IMG/VR virus record: IMGVR_UViG_3300036762_000188
Length of the DNA stretch: 64,000 nt
From: a virus
Lineage: Duplodnaviria; Caudoviricetes
Direction: 5' to 3' (one strand)
Shown here piece by piece: positions 28,567 through 38,365 of the stretch; position 1 is the stretch's first letter; the number at the start of each line of letters is the position of its first letter. The notes beneath the pieces are model-generated. The model ran no database searches and was not told the origin of the DNA. It worked only from the letters and a program-made list of their open reading frames with translations. The translations under genes were made by a program, and so were the position numbers.

Positions 28567-29464
28567 GAGAAAATTTGAAAGCATAATATCTACAGTAGTA
28601 GTTATTGGATGCGGAGGTACTGGCTCTCGAGCCATACCTTTGATGGTGCAGATACTTAAGAATAGCCCTCGGGCGTTAGCGCCTCGCTTAGTACTTATCG
28701 ATGATGACGTAGTGGAGCATAAGAACTTAGCACGTCAGAATTTTATCAACCAGGATGTTGGCAGAAGTAAGGCAGAGGTATTGGCCGAGAGGTATTCTGT
28801 TGCAATGGACTTCCCTATTGTATCCAATAAAGCTCGTATATCTGGTAACAATCTCGTAAATGTAGTAGATCAAGCTATGCATGGAAGAGGTTGGCCTTCT
28901 ATCCGTGGTACACATAGTCCTATATTCATACTATGTGTAGATACCATGGAGGCTCGCATGGATATACTAAAACAGTTGCCGGGTGGATCTATTGTAATAG
29001 AGGCTGGTAACGAGGATACCTTCGGTAACGTCACGGTGTTTGACGTAAGTGAATTCCGAGGTGCTAACGAAGCAACTCCATTCTATGGAACTGTGGAGAT
29101 ACCTGTAATACCAGCCCCGGTAGCACGATACGAACATGCATTAAAAAACCCGTCGGTTAAAACGGGTTCCTGTGCAGATTTAGATCAATCTGCTGCCATC
29201 AACAACTTGATGGCCGCAGGGATAAACACTATACTCCAGAATATATCGTATGGTATACCTCTAAGATATCGTACTAAATTCTATGATCTGGCAGGTAGTG
29301 ATCATACAGAGATAATGAACGTACACTGGTATAATCAGGAGTATAAGTGTGCTGGTATAAAAACTGCGATGCCAATGGCACATACGGCTAGGGCTGATGC
29401 TCTGAATCGAGACTTAGCAGCAGCCCGTAAGATACCTAAAGAACTACTTGCTGCTATAGCCTAG
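28559..29464 (+). CDS. ThiF/E1-family Ubl-activating enzyme
   Basis: VVVIGCGGTGS, DDDVVEHKNLARQNF, DVGRSKAEVLAERY, CVD...AR, GSCADLDQ...INN. Confidence 0.92.
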   Translation: MFERKFESIISTVVVIGCGGTGSRAIPLMVQILKNSPRALAPRLVLIDDDVVEHKNLARQNFINQDVGRSKAEVLAERYSVAMDFPIVSNKARISGNNLVNVVDQAMHGRGWPSIRGTHSPIFILCVDTMEARMDILKQLPGGSIVIEAGNEDTFGNVTVFDVSEFRGANEATPFYGTVEIPVIPAPVARYEHALKNPSVKTGSCADLDQSAAINNLMAAGINTILQNISYGIPLRYRTKFYDLAGSDHTEIMNVHWYNQEYKCAGIKTAMPMAHTARADALNRDLAAARKIPKELLAAIA

Positions 29465-29727
29465 TAGTAAGTAGGCTTTTGCATAGCCTGCATTCCAAGT
29501 CCTGCTACCGACCCAGCTCCGTAACCCTTTAGTACTGTACTCCCTGCTACACGCAGGGCTGATACTAGTGCTTTAGGGTCTTTTTTAGCTATAGCAGCTA
29601 ATAGGGCGGGGGCGGCTAAACCTGATGCAGAAGCAACTCCTATCGCACCACCTGTAAGAGCGGCAACTCCGTAGTCAGGGTCGAACGCCTTCTTCTCTAG
29701 CATTCTAGCTTTTTCCAGTAAAGACAT
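29461..29727 (-). CDS. small Gly/Ala-rich virion-associated protein with K-x-A motif
   Basis: LEKKA followed by hydrophobic Gly-zipper segments. Confidence 0.55.
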   Translation of the reverse strand: MSLLEKARMLEKKAFDPDYGVAALTGGAIGVASASGLAAPALLAAIAKKDPKALVSALRVAGSTVLKGYGAGSVAGLGMQAMQKPTYY

Positions 29728-30154
29728 TTTTCTTCTCCATTAATATAGTTAACATCCTGCGGAATCCGAATACCGCCACGAAAATACCTATGATTATCCA
29801 GGTATACCAATCCGGTACTCCGGTCTTTAGAAATTCGAAGCCGGCCTTGACATTATCTTGAGTCTGAGGGAAAAATGAAGCTACGAATGGCGCTAGGAAA
29901 ACTAGCATAACGAATTCATCCTTCCAGGAATTCTCCTGACTCTTAACTGCTAGCATATCTAGATCATTCTGGGCGTCTGCGTCTCTCTGCATACGCACGA
30001 TAGAGGCATTGGCCTCTGCCTCTATAAGTCTTATTCTAGCATCTACTTCAGCAGCTTTAATGTTAAGCTTCTGCTCCTCAGTCATAGTCTTACGATCCTG
30101 CCATTTACCCACCAGTTCAGTAACCGGTGATATAAGAGCTGACCATATACTCAT
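29705..30154 (-). CDS. holin-like protein (3TM, GTA-holin type)
   Basis: Coiled coil, SWKDEF motif, two C-terminal TM helices, basic tail. Confidence 0.7.
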   Translation of the reverse strand: MSIWSALISPVTELVGKWQDRKTMTEEQKLNIKAAEVDARIRLIEAEANASIVRMQRDADAQNDLDMLAVKSQENSWKDEFVMLVFLAPFVASFFPQTQDNVKAGFEFLKTGVPDWYTWIIIGIFVAVFGFRRMLTILMEKKNVFTGKS

Positions 30155-30381
30155 TCTAAATCCTTGCGCCTCTCTTTGGAAGCCGCGGTAGAACTATCAC
30201 TTACTTGGAACTTACGCATCTCCAAGCCATTATCATCGTAAGTAGTTAGGATACCCTGAGCTTTATCCCATTCCCAACTACCCTCAGCCTCTACTAGTAG
30301 GCTATCCACTTTAGCGTCTATCTCTACCATGTACTGATATAGCTCAGCCATAGTTGGATTAAGAGGATCTACTGGTGTCAT
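30151..30381 (-). CDS. hypothetical protein
   Basis: 76 aa, overlaps neighbours. Confidence 0.55.
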   Translation of the reverse strand: MTPVDPLNPTMAELYQYMVEIDAKVDSLLVEAEGSWEWDKAQGILTTYDDNGLEMRKFQVSDSSTAASKERRKDLE

Positions 30382-30832
30382 TTATCATCGCCTCTATATA
30401 AGTGTCCGCGGCTTTAGTAGCGTCACTGGTGATTAACTTCTCGTTACTAAACCTAGCTAACAGAGGGTGGTAAGGAGGTAGTCCTTCTGAGTTAAGTACG
30501 TATCGCACCACCGCTGTTATCATAGGAGATTCTACGTCATCTACTAACTCGGACAATACGTGCAGGGCCCACACCAACTCCAGAGAGGTAGGCATGTGCG
30601 TAAAGTACTCATCAGGATAGTATAAATTAGAAACCTCTATGAATCGCAGGAAGTAATCAGCATAAGTAAGGAATTCCTCTGGATTACGATGTAGTGATAT
30701 TAAAGTAGTCAATACCGCGTAGTCATTTTCTGTAAAGGACACTCCTAAGTCTAAGCTCAGAGTCTCAGGTTCCAACTCCCAATACTCTTCATATTTATTA
30801 GAGAGCATTTTATCTAGCTTAAGTATGTTCAC
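30359..30832 (-). CDS. hypothetical protein
   Basis: 157 aa, coupled to the upstream gene. Confidence 0.6.
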   Translation of the reverse strand: MNILKLDKMLSNKYEEYWELEPETLSLDLGVSFTENDYAVLTTLISLHRNPEEFLTYADYFLRFIEVSNLYYPDEYFTHMPTSLELVWALHVLSELVDDVESPMITAVVRYVLNSEGLPPYHPLLARFSNEKLITSDATKAADTYIEAMINDTSRSS

Positions 30833-31626
30833 ACTAAATCACCTATAAGACCTTTATGCGCTGAATCCAGTGCCTCTACCGCCTCTGGACCTGCGTCTAT
30901 AGCATCAACTATCTCCTGCCCCATCACTCTACGTATATCGTCAGCTTTTGACACTAAAAGCTCATAGGATACCTGGCGTCTACCTAGGTTTATAAGCTCG
31001 TCGGGGCGACGGACTGTGAAAGCCTCTTTCTCAAAACATTTATGCAGACCGTTCTTACTATCCAACATACGTACCATACCGCAGATAGATCTATTATCCT
31101 CCACAGTTAGCTTACTAGTATTAGTACTCTGTATGAACGAAGCTATTTTAGTGAAGTTATCATCACCTGTATAGGATGCGCGCCATGACAATGCGTTAAC
31201 TGCAGACTCTTTATTCAAATGTCCTGCGCCGGCATAAACCTTTAGATCGTCCGAGATACCTATAGAGTCATGCAGGGCTACACATGCTGACGCTACTTTC
31301 TCAAAATCTACGTGTATACCTGATAGATATTCTCTTAGGAAGTCCTCTTCAGATTCCACGTTAGAAGCGACCTTAGTCATAGAGTTAGTTAAAGCAGTTA
31401 CTTTATCTCTTAGATCGTATAGAGATACTGCTTTATTAACTCTCATTAGAGTATCGTAGTCTACTACTTCATGAGCCATTTTCTCCATGTACGCCAGTTC
31501 TAGCGCAGATACCAAGGTCTCGTTCATACTACCTGTAGGGAATGATTGTTCCAGGCTGGCAGTCTTTATCAGGGGAGCTATCTCAGGAAGCAGCTTCACC
31601 ATATTATTTATATTCTTGATAGGCAT
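30829..31626 (-). CDS. putative internal head protein with multiple K-x-A motifs
   Basis: IKTAS, EKMA, TKVAS, EKVAS, TKIAS, EKEA. Confidence 0.55.
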   Translation of the reverse strand: MPIKNINNMVKLLPEIAPLIKTASLEQSFPTGSMNETLVSALELAYMEKMAHEVVDYDTLMRVNKAVSLYDLRDKVTALTNSMTKVASNVESEEDFLREYLSGIHVDFEKVASACVALHDSIGISDDLKVYAGAGHLNKESAVNALSWRASYTGDDNFTKIASFIQSTNTSKLTVEDNRSICGMVRMLDSKNGLHKCFEKEAFTVRRPDELINLGRRQVSYELLVSKADDIRRVMGQEIVDAIDAGPEAVEALDSAHKGLIGDLV

Positions 31627-32360
31627 TATTTCCCGTATCCTTCTATGTAATTCATTAGTTTCTCAGCTTCCGTCATACTATGCTCGTAGCCGTCAGTATC
31701 GCCGCTTTCACCCATAGCCTTAGCTTTAGCCACCAGGTCGTGTACATGCGGTTTGTAGTACTCGTTAACCTCTCTTTTAGTAGGGGCTAAATCTACTCCA
31801 CTCATTAATATATTTTTAGAGTTAGTTTTTAAAGTATCAGATACTATACTAGGCTTAGGAACGTGTCCAGTAAGCATGAATAGGTTAAGATCATCCTCAC
31901 CCTTTATATTACGCAGCGATCCTACTACATCAGCCTGATTCCTGTTACGCGCCCTATCAGTTAGTACCTCTGCTATAGTCCCACCGAGCGTAGCTACACC
32001 ACCTAACGCTAGGGTAGACGGCAGTGCTTTCTTTATAGTAGAGTACAGTAACCCAGACTGTCCAGGCACTGTAGGCGCCCCGCGGGTCATCCACAGACTA
32101 CCGATAAGAGAGCCTAATACTGGTACGGATGCTAAGCTAGCGGTATTCGACAGAGATCTCCCTACCATACCGGGTAGTTTAGCTATTATACTCCTACCCT
32201 CTTGCACATCCAAGCCTTCTGCGGCTACTATTCTCACCACCTCTTTCTGATCCGCCGTAGTCATGGCTTTGAAGAAAGGGCTGTTAAATGATTGATCTAT
32301 AGGCTTAGAGCCGTTACGATGCGCTAGCACCATAGCTCTTGCCATGCTTTTAGTGTCCAT
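31626..32360 (-). CDS. hypothetical virion/membrane protein
   Basis: 244 aa with two hydrophobic segments; TAAAATA motif upstream. Confidence 0.6.
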   Translation of the reverse strand: MDTKSMARAMVLAHRNGSKPIDQSFNSPFFKAMTTADQKEVVRIVAAEGLDVQEGRSIIAKLPGMVGRSLSNTASLASVPVLGSLIGSLWMTRGAPTVPGQSGLLYSTIKKALPSTLALGGVATLGGTIAEVLTDRARNRNQADVVGSLRNIKGEDDLNLFMLTGHVPKPSIVSDTLKTNSKNILMSGVDLAPTKREVNEYYKPHVHDLVAKAKAMGESGDTDGYEHSMTEAEKLMNYIEGYGK

Positions 32361-32460
32361 ATTATAGTTCCTATATGTTGATACTAGTATTTTAAGGCTT
32401 AATGCCTTTACACTTTTTTCTTATATATGGTATAAGTATTGTACACACACAGGAGTGATT

Positions 32461-32538
32461 ATGAACATCTCTAAATTCTTATTTTCTATATACATAGCAG
32501 TATCTACTCTAGCTCTTCTATTAGCAGCATGGAGATAG
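32461..32538 (+). CDS. 25-aa hydrophobic peptide (not in the ORF track)
   Basis: MNISKFFISIYIAVSTLALLLAAWR, preceded by AGGAG RBS and the plus-strand promoter motif. Confidence 0.45.
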   Translation: MNISKFLFSIYIAVSTLALLLAAWR

Positions 32539-33131
32539 CCCGTATTAAGAACGGTTTGATTTCTTTAGATGATCTGTATGCCCACCTACAGGGTAGGCAA
32601 TTGGCGCCTAAAGAGTGGATGGCCACGGAGGAGGTACAAACCGTCATATCTCATATGGAATGGGATGGATCCGTATTACCTAGTAACCGCATATATAAAC
32701 AGGGCATACACTGCATGGTGTGTAAGGAGCTAGCAGTGATGTATGCCTGCGTAGATATTATGGTAGCTTGGAGAGTGGTCGAGTTATATGATAGCCTAGT
32801 AGAGGTGCTTTTTAAGAGAAAGGAGTTGGACTATAAGTGGGCTGCCAGGGCCGCTCGTGTAGAAGTGTCTTTGGAGTATTTTATAGACCTAGCTCAAGAT
32901 GTGGCAGGAGTATCTATATCAGAATCCATGGTGATGGTCGGTATGACCTTCCCTGAATGGCTAGTGATGAATAAGAAGTTCCAAGAAGTTGATGTCCTAG
33001 AAGATCTTTTGCTTATAAGCGAGGTGAAGGGTGAGGAAAGGGCGTTAGCATATATAGGAGTTGATATACGACTGCCTAAATTACATAAAGCTATAGAGGA
33101 GTACACAGCAGAATGTTTATCCCACCACTGA
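32529..33131 (+). CDS. KilA-N domain-like DNA-binding protein
   Basis: NGLISLDDLY, P.EW, CKELAVMYA and V..LYD pattern. Confidence 0.55.
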   Translation: MEIARIKNGLISLDDLYAHLQGRQLAPKEWMATEEVQTVISHMEWDGSVLPSNRIYKQGIHCMVCKELAVMYACVDIMVAWRVVELYDSLVEVLFKRKELDYKWAARAARVEVSLEYFIDLAQDVAGVSISESMVMVGMTFPEWLVMNKKFQEVDVLEDLLLISEVKGEERALAYIGVDIRLPKLHKAIEEYTAECLSHH

Positions 33132-33763
33132 AAGACGATACATTCAACAGACTTAAGAGTACAGGGCTAGCCACTATATCTGGCATATCTTCTTTGAACC
33201 GGAATAACGTTAAAGGTAAGTTTACTACAAATCTACCTAATGGTATTAGTAGTGCGTTTGTAATACGTAACCATAAAGGCCGCTACAAGTATTTCCCTAT
33301 AACAGTAGATCGGGGGATTATCAGCGGTCTACCTGAATTGATATGGTGCGGGTATATATATCACGATGGAGTGTGGTATTTCGCGTCTACCGATAACATG
33401 CTTAGATTACACAGAGGGGAAGTCCTCGGTATATGTCAGGTAGTAGAAACCTCTATGCTGGAGCAGAGAGGCGGTATTACGGAGGACACCAGACGTACCG
33501 GACCTGCTCCCGTACCTCCCGTACTTACAGCCCCTCCCACACAGCTAGAATTGGAGGGGGATTTAGAAGAGTCTCTCTTAGATATCCTAAACAGCGCGGA
33601 GGCTGGAGAGAGAGGGCCTAGTCTAAACGCTTCAGAGCAGGTAATTAGAGTAACTCCAGTAGAGCCAACTCCGCCTTTAATGCCTGCAATTAGTGAAAGA
33701 CTGGTACTGCCAGAGCCACCTAGAACACTAGTACTGCCAGTGCCGCCCCTGATCGATTCGTAG
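33113..33763 (+). CDS. hypothetical protein with Pro-rich C-terminus
   Basis: 216 aa, GAGGAG RBS. Confidence 0.6.
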   Translation: MFIPPLKDDTFNRLKSTGLATISGISSLNRNNVKGKFTTNLPNGISSAFVIRNHKGRYKYFPITVDRGIISGLPELIWCGYIYHDGVWYFASTDNMLRLHRGEVLGICQVVETSMLEQRGGITEDTRRTGPAPVPPVLTAPPTQLELEGDLEESLLDILNSAEAGERGPSLNASEQVIRVTPVEPTPPLMPAISERLVLPEPPRTLVLPVPPLIDS

Positions 33764-33781
33764 AGCCTTCTGAGAAGGTCT

Positions 33782-33811
33782 TGAGGCCTACCTTATGGTA
33801 GGTCTCATTTT
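33782..33811 (+). terminator. terminator between convergent genes
   Basis: TGAGGCCTACC-TTAT-GGTAGGTCTCA followed by TTTTT. Confidence 0.7.
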
Positions 33812-33815
33812 TAGA

Positions 33816-34115
33816 TTAAACGCTGTATACGTGCGTTACAGGGGCTAGGAGGCTACCACACTGAGTAGGGTCCGACTCTCTAGCTATAGAGATGCCGTTT
33901 ATTAATACCGTAGGGCTTCCGGCAGCTACTACTGGAGTGTGCGGAGGTAGGGGTGGAGACGGGCATGCATGGTCTACACATACACTACCGAGAAGTGCTA
34001 CAGGCTGGCCTTCTATAAATACGAAGTCTGACCCCTGTGACACTGTAGTAGGTATGAATCCCGGGGGATGTGCTGTTACTACACTACCAACAGTAGCGAC
34101 TTTAAGTACCGCCAT
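33816..34115 (-). CDS. PAAR-like spike tip protein
   Basis: GS..VFIEGQPVA..G...DH, H......GSPTVLING..IAR..D...CG. Confidence 0.88.
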   Translation of the reverse strand: MAVLKVATVGSVVTAHPPGFIPTTVSQGSDFVFIEGQPVALLGSVCVDHACPSPPLPPHTPVVAAGSPTVLINGISIARESDPTQCGSLLAPVTHVYSV

Positions 34116-34605
34116 AATCTATCACCTTCTGTCCATGATATTCCCACGCCATCTCCACCTTGCATAACTGTACCAGTACCTCTGACAAAGGCGCACTAGT
34201 GACGGTGTGCACATACGTGGCCGTAACCGTGTATGTAGTATCTACTACTGTAGTAGGAGAGCACTCGAACTTAGTTAATTTACCTACCGTAGGATCTGTT
34301 AAAGCCTCGTACGCCTCCCAGGTACTTACGGCGCCTATATTGGTTACGTAGTTATCCTGTAAATACGCATACTCTATATTATCCGGTGGAAACGGATCTA
34401 AGAACATACCGCTTACAGTGGAGGTGGCACCTTCTGAAATAGTCACACCTGAATCAGTACGTGTAGTTTCTACCGTAGCACTGACGAATGCATAGCTAGG
34501 AGGCGGCTCGCATACGAATGTTATGATAAAACTCTCTAACTCTTTAAGTAGTACGAAAGGTGCTACCGGTACTAAAGGTGCACCTCCATTAACTGTTATA
34601 GGCAT
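34102..34605 (-). CDS. baseplate / spike-associated protein
   Basis: Lies between the spike and PAAR genes; Thr/Val-rich beta composition. Confidence 0.55.
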   Translation of the reverse strand: MPITVNGGAPLVPVAPFVLLKELESFIITFVCEPPPSYAFVSATVETTRTDSGVTISEGATSTVSGMFLDPFPPDNIEYAYLQDNYVTNIGAVSTWEAYEALTDPTVGKLTKFECSPTTVVDTTYTVTATYVHTVTSAPLSEVLVQLCKVEMAWEYHGQKVIDYGGT

Positions 34606-35690
34606 TATGATTTATTCCAGTGTATCTGTGCTCCGGCTATAGTAACGTTCTTAGGAGTAGACATACTGATATTCTCTGAAGACTGAAAGGTGAGACCGGC
34701 AGACGTTACGTCTAAAGACCCTCCTATATTCAAAGTGGCAGCTCCGGTAGTACTGATTGACATAGTACCATCGGTATTAACCAATATGGATATATCCTTA
34801 ACGTTCAGCGCTACTCCGGTAGGAGATACGTCGTAGCTTATTACCGCGGATGCAGTGGTAAGCGTATGGTTTAAACCGCCGTTATGCACTACAGTATCAA
34901 GGGTATTATCTCCCTGTACGATCCTATGGCGCTTACCATCAGTATAAAGATCTTCTACCGAGGTTTGAACGTCGGTATAAGTATACGTTCGACGCATTAC
35001 CCCGTCGTCCTCAGGATCAACCGGGAAGTCTGCTTCTAGTATCTCTCGAGGGCTGCCTATAGCCTCTAACGCCTCTCCCACTATTACAGCACCTTCATAC
35101 TCTACTAGCGACGGTGTCTCGGTATGAGAAGCCGCAGGATCACGGTATAGACTTTTTTTAGAGTATAGACGGCCTCGTATAGAATTCTTCTGTACAGAGT
35201 CTACCTCTGTAAAATGATCGAAGTTACGCGATACGATGCGTACTAAGTCTCCCAGCCTAGAAGTTAATATCTGTGACAGTGCAGAAGATTTAGCTATGAA
35301 AGACCCTAGGCGTAGGAGCCCATATAATCCAAATTGATTGCTTACTATTTCATCGCCGTTAGACTGATCTTTAGGAGTACTACCACGTTTTATATCTACG
35401 TCTACCATAGAATAATCTGCGATGTCTAAAGTCTCATTGGCTTGGAGTGTGATATTTTGACGATCTATGTCTTCCGTAGTGTCTGAAGGGATGAGCCCTA
35501 TTATAATAGGCATCCCCGTAGAAACATCTACGAGGACCCTATCTGACTCTTTAGGCCCCAAGCCTGACCATATCACTTCACGAAGGATATCGCCATTATC
35601 TCCGAGACATTTAGCGACCTTGCGCCGCAGATCTACTGCAGTTACAGTAGCATGTTTCAGACTATTTGACTTATAGGGACTATACATCAT
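34605..35690 (-). CDS. baseplate central spike (gpV/gp5-like)
   Basis: N-terminal OB-like ATVTAVD...P....RVLV and C-terminal beta-helix repeats ending I..N; upstream of PAAR. Confidence 0.75.
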   Translation of the reverse strand: MMYSPYKSNSLKHATVTAVDLRRKVAKCLGDNGDILREVIWSGLGPKESDRVLVDVSTGMPIIIGLIPSDTTEDIDRQNITLQANETLDIADYSMVDVDIKRGSTPKDQSNGDEIVSNQFGLYGLLRLGSFIAKSSALSQILTSRLGDLVRIVSRNFDHFTEVDSVQKNSIRGRLYSKKSLYRDPAASHTETPSLVEYEGAVIVGEALEAIGSPREILEADFPVDPEDDGVMRRTYTYTDVQTSVEDLYTDGKRHRIVQGDNTLDTVVHNGGLNHTLTTASAVISYDVSPTGVALNVKDISILVNTDGTMSISTTGAATLNIGGSLDVTSAGLTFQSSENISMSTPKNVTIAGAQIHWNKS

Positions 35691-36364
35691 TCCACCTTAA
35701 CTGGTACTGCTCTATCGAATATGATCCCGACGTTTTCCTGGATTACCGGAGCCTGAGCGGCTACTTGGAATTGGAAATTAGTCAGGGTGCATAGTTCTAA
35801 ATAAGTAGCACCTATGATCTTACCATTAGTGCCATCCGTATCACCCTTAGTCTTGAAGACCATAAGGATACCGAATGGTATGTTAAGAGCTTCAGAGTCA
35901 AGGTTCAGGAACATATTACCATAACCAGGGGCTTTTCCGCCACTAGTATTTAAAGTATATCCATCACTGACATCCTGTCCAGTCTCTTCGTTATAAGCCA
36001 TTTGAGACAGAGCTTTCATCAGAGACGATTGGTCTGCCAGCATAGCTGATAATTGTAATTGACTCTGCGTTTTACCACGAGTAAAGAACGTACGGTTAGA
36101 ACCGATTTCGTATAGAGGCTGTACAGAAGCGTTAGTACTGTAACCGAATGAATCTACCAGTCCGATAGCCGATAGGTTAGTACCGGTCTCATTAACTCCA
36201 TTGAATCTAGGAGGTCCAGCATAGAGCAAAGTAGTATCAGGGGTCAAAGACCCCTGGCTAAAACGCTCTAGACCTGCACCGCTAGATAGACGATCTACAT
36301 AACTCTCTTTCCAGTCCCAACCGGCTGCAAGACCTGTAGTATCTGACGTAACACCTAGTGCCAT
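35687..36364 (-). CDS. tail tube protein
   Basis: Immediately downstream of the sheath; PLYEIGS motif; paralog at 12092-12853. Confidence 0.8.
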   Translation of the reverse strand: MALGVTSDTTGLAAGWDWKESYVDRLSSGAGLERFSQGSLTPDTTLLYAGPPRFNGVNETGTNLSAIGLVDSFGYSTNASVQPLYEIGSNRTFFTRGKTQSQLQLSAMLADQSSLMKALSQMAYNEETGQDVSDGYTLNTSGGKAPGYGNMFLNLDSEALNIPFGILMVFKTKGDTDGTNGKIIGATYLELCTLTNFQFQVAAQAPVIQENVGIIFDRAVPVKVE

Positions 36365-36375
36365 TTAAAAACTCC

Positions 36376-38364
36376 TTATACAACCAAGTACAGGTTAGTG
36401 TAGTTATTAGGATCGCCCATAGCAATAGCTATTTCTACATCCAGCGCGTCCTTAGAAGCCGCATTCTGAGATACTTTATTAATAGAGTAGCTGACTAGCG
36501 GCGCCCCTACCTTAGGTAACTTCTTACTAGTCAATCGACTAGCGGCTGAATCTAGGGTCTGGCGAATAGTACGTATAGTATCTACGTTGATATTCCATAC
36601 ACCGATGAACGGCTCTAGAATCTCTTTAAAGTAGTACGATAGGTAATCCCAGTTCTTAACCTTAAGTATCTCGCGATACTCCAAAGTGCTCATGTCTGAT
36701 GTAAGAGCGTGTAGGCAGTAAGGGGTCGTACCCTGCGCCTTCTGCGAGAACATCAGCATACCGCTACCTGCCAGAGTCTTGATTTGACTATCTGAGAAGT
36801 AGAAGTTCGAGTGTACTAAATTAGTCACACCTGATAGAGCTACCTTAGTCATACCTACCTGTGGAGACACTCCGGATACATAACCTGCAACCGCAGCTCC
36901 TAGGTAATACCCAGGTACTTCCACTTCGACGTCACTAGATACCACTGTCACATTACCAGGGATTATCCACTTGCGCTTATCAGCCCAGGTAGTAGCTTGA
37001 GCTACTAGGTAGTTAACTTGATCAGTCTTAGAGGCAGCACGTACTACCTTGAAGTCTACCACATCACCTTCCGATAGGGTAGAACCAGTACTGTCAAGTA
37101 CTATAGTGTAAGCAGTAGCGTCAAGCACTTCTAATCCAGCGCTGATAAGATCAGGCTCGGTTAAAACACTCTCTAGCACTAGTATATCAGACGAAGTAGT
37201 ATCGCCTACAGTACTACCATCGGTAATTACTACAGTAGTCTCTGCACCAACTACACTTTGTACACGGCCTGTTATCAGACTAGTAGAAGTACCTACGATA
37301 TCTAGGATATCAGGTATCTCAACGTTTAGTATAGCCGCACGCCACTTACCCACTAAAGGGTCACTCATAGCAGTAGCGTGAGATCCTACTAAGGTTCCTA
37401 CACTAAGATTGCTAGTAAGTGGTACTAGTGCATAAACACCTACGCCTTCTAAATATTCTACAGCCTGTGTATACGCTAGAGTCTCTTCCAGAGAAGGGTC
37501 TACAGGCATTGCATACACAGTAGCTCCACCGGCGTTAGCCAGGGCTAGAGATACACCTAGTGCCAAAGGATTATCAGGAGATACATTACCTAGTAAGTTA
37601 ACTAGGGCAGTTACATCCTCTATCTCTACTACAGTAGAAATGTCCTTACGATCGGCTATATAACCGATGTGCACTTCAGCTTGTTTACCAGTCCCTTTTA
37701 CCGCTAATTCAGATGAGAACGCGTAGTTATCAGTGAAAGTATCAGTGGTAGGTCGTAGGGTACTTAAAGTCAAAGCTCCGGCAGACCATGTAGGTACTGG
37801 AACAGTTACTTCTGGAGTAGCCTTATAAACAGTAACTCGCTTAGTAGTAGAGAAACCGGTAATACCAGCGGCAGTATCAAAAGAACCGGTGGTATAGTCT
37901 ATAGTAGTCAAGAAGCTAACAGTAGGATTAGTATCCGTGCTAGCATCAGAAATAACTACGATGTCTCCAACTTCAACATGGCGTGTGCTTGTTTTAAACG
38001 GTAGTACATCAGATATTAAATTATCAGTACCTCCAATGTCATTGAATTCCAGAACCGGAGTGGCTACTGAGAAGTCAACGTCTTCACGGAAGGTCTTTAT
38101 ATAAGAGTCGGCCACAACTACAGTCATAGAGGCTTCATCGATTATCTGACCGGTGTACGCAGATCCCGGTACAGCAGTACCAGTGAAGGTAGTGACACTG
38201 GCTGCTAAACTAATAGCGCGCTGTGCTGTATCTTCTAGATCTATTTTCACAACATTTTTTAGCGGCCCTATAATACAGGCAGGTAGATCAGGGCTTATAG
38301 CCGCAGCTCCTCCTGAATTAGCCAGCTCCTGGTAGACTGCTACCTGGGGTAATACATATGACAT
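36376..38364 (-). CDS. tail sheath protein
   Basis: MSYVLPQV.VYQE start; VPGYYLGAAVAG and C-terminal sheath pattern; 662 aa. Confidence 0.88.
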   Translation of the reverse strand: MSYVLPQVAVYQELANSGGAAAISPDLPACIIGPLKNVVKIDLEDTAQRAISLAASVTTFTGTAVPGSAYTGQIIDEASMTVVVADSYIKTFREDVDFSVATPVLEFNDIGGTDNLISDVLPFKTSTRHVEVGDIVVISDASTDTNPTVSFLTTIDYTTGSFDTAAGITGFSTTKRVTVYKATPEVTVPVPTWSAGALTLSTLRPTTDTFTDNYAFSSELAVKGTGKQAEVHIGYIADRKDISTVVEIEDVTALVNLLGNVSPDNPLALGVSLALANAGGATVYAMPVDPSLEETLAYTQAVEYLEGVGVYALVPLTSNLSVGTLVGSHATAMSDPLVGKWRAAILNVEIPDILDIVGTSTSLITGRVQSVVGAETTVVITDGSTVGDTTSSDILVLESVLTEPDLISAGLEVLDATAYTIVLDSTGSTLSEGDVVDFKVVRAASKTDQVNYLVAQATTWADKRKWIIPGNVTVVSSDVEVEVPGYYLGAAVAGYVSGVSPQVGMTKVALSGVTNLVHSNFYFSDSQIKTLAGSGMLMFSQKAQGTTPYCLHALTSDMSTLEYREILKVKNWDYLSYYFKEILEPFIGVWNINVDTIRTIRQTLDSAASRLTSKKLPKVGAPLVSYSINKVSQNAASKDALDVEIAIAMGDPNNYTNLYLVV

Positions 38365-38365
38365 A

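Noticed and set aside
28559-29464. ThiF/MoeB for thiamine or molybdopterin biosynthesis
   Set aside because: No thi or moa genes nearby, no Zn-binding CxxC pairs, and its neighbours are E2, JAB and Ubl.
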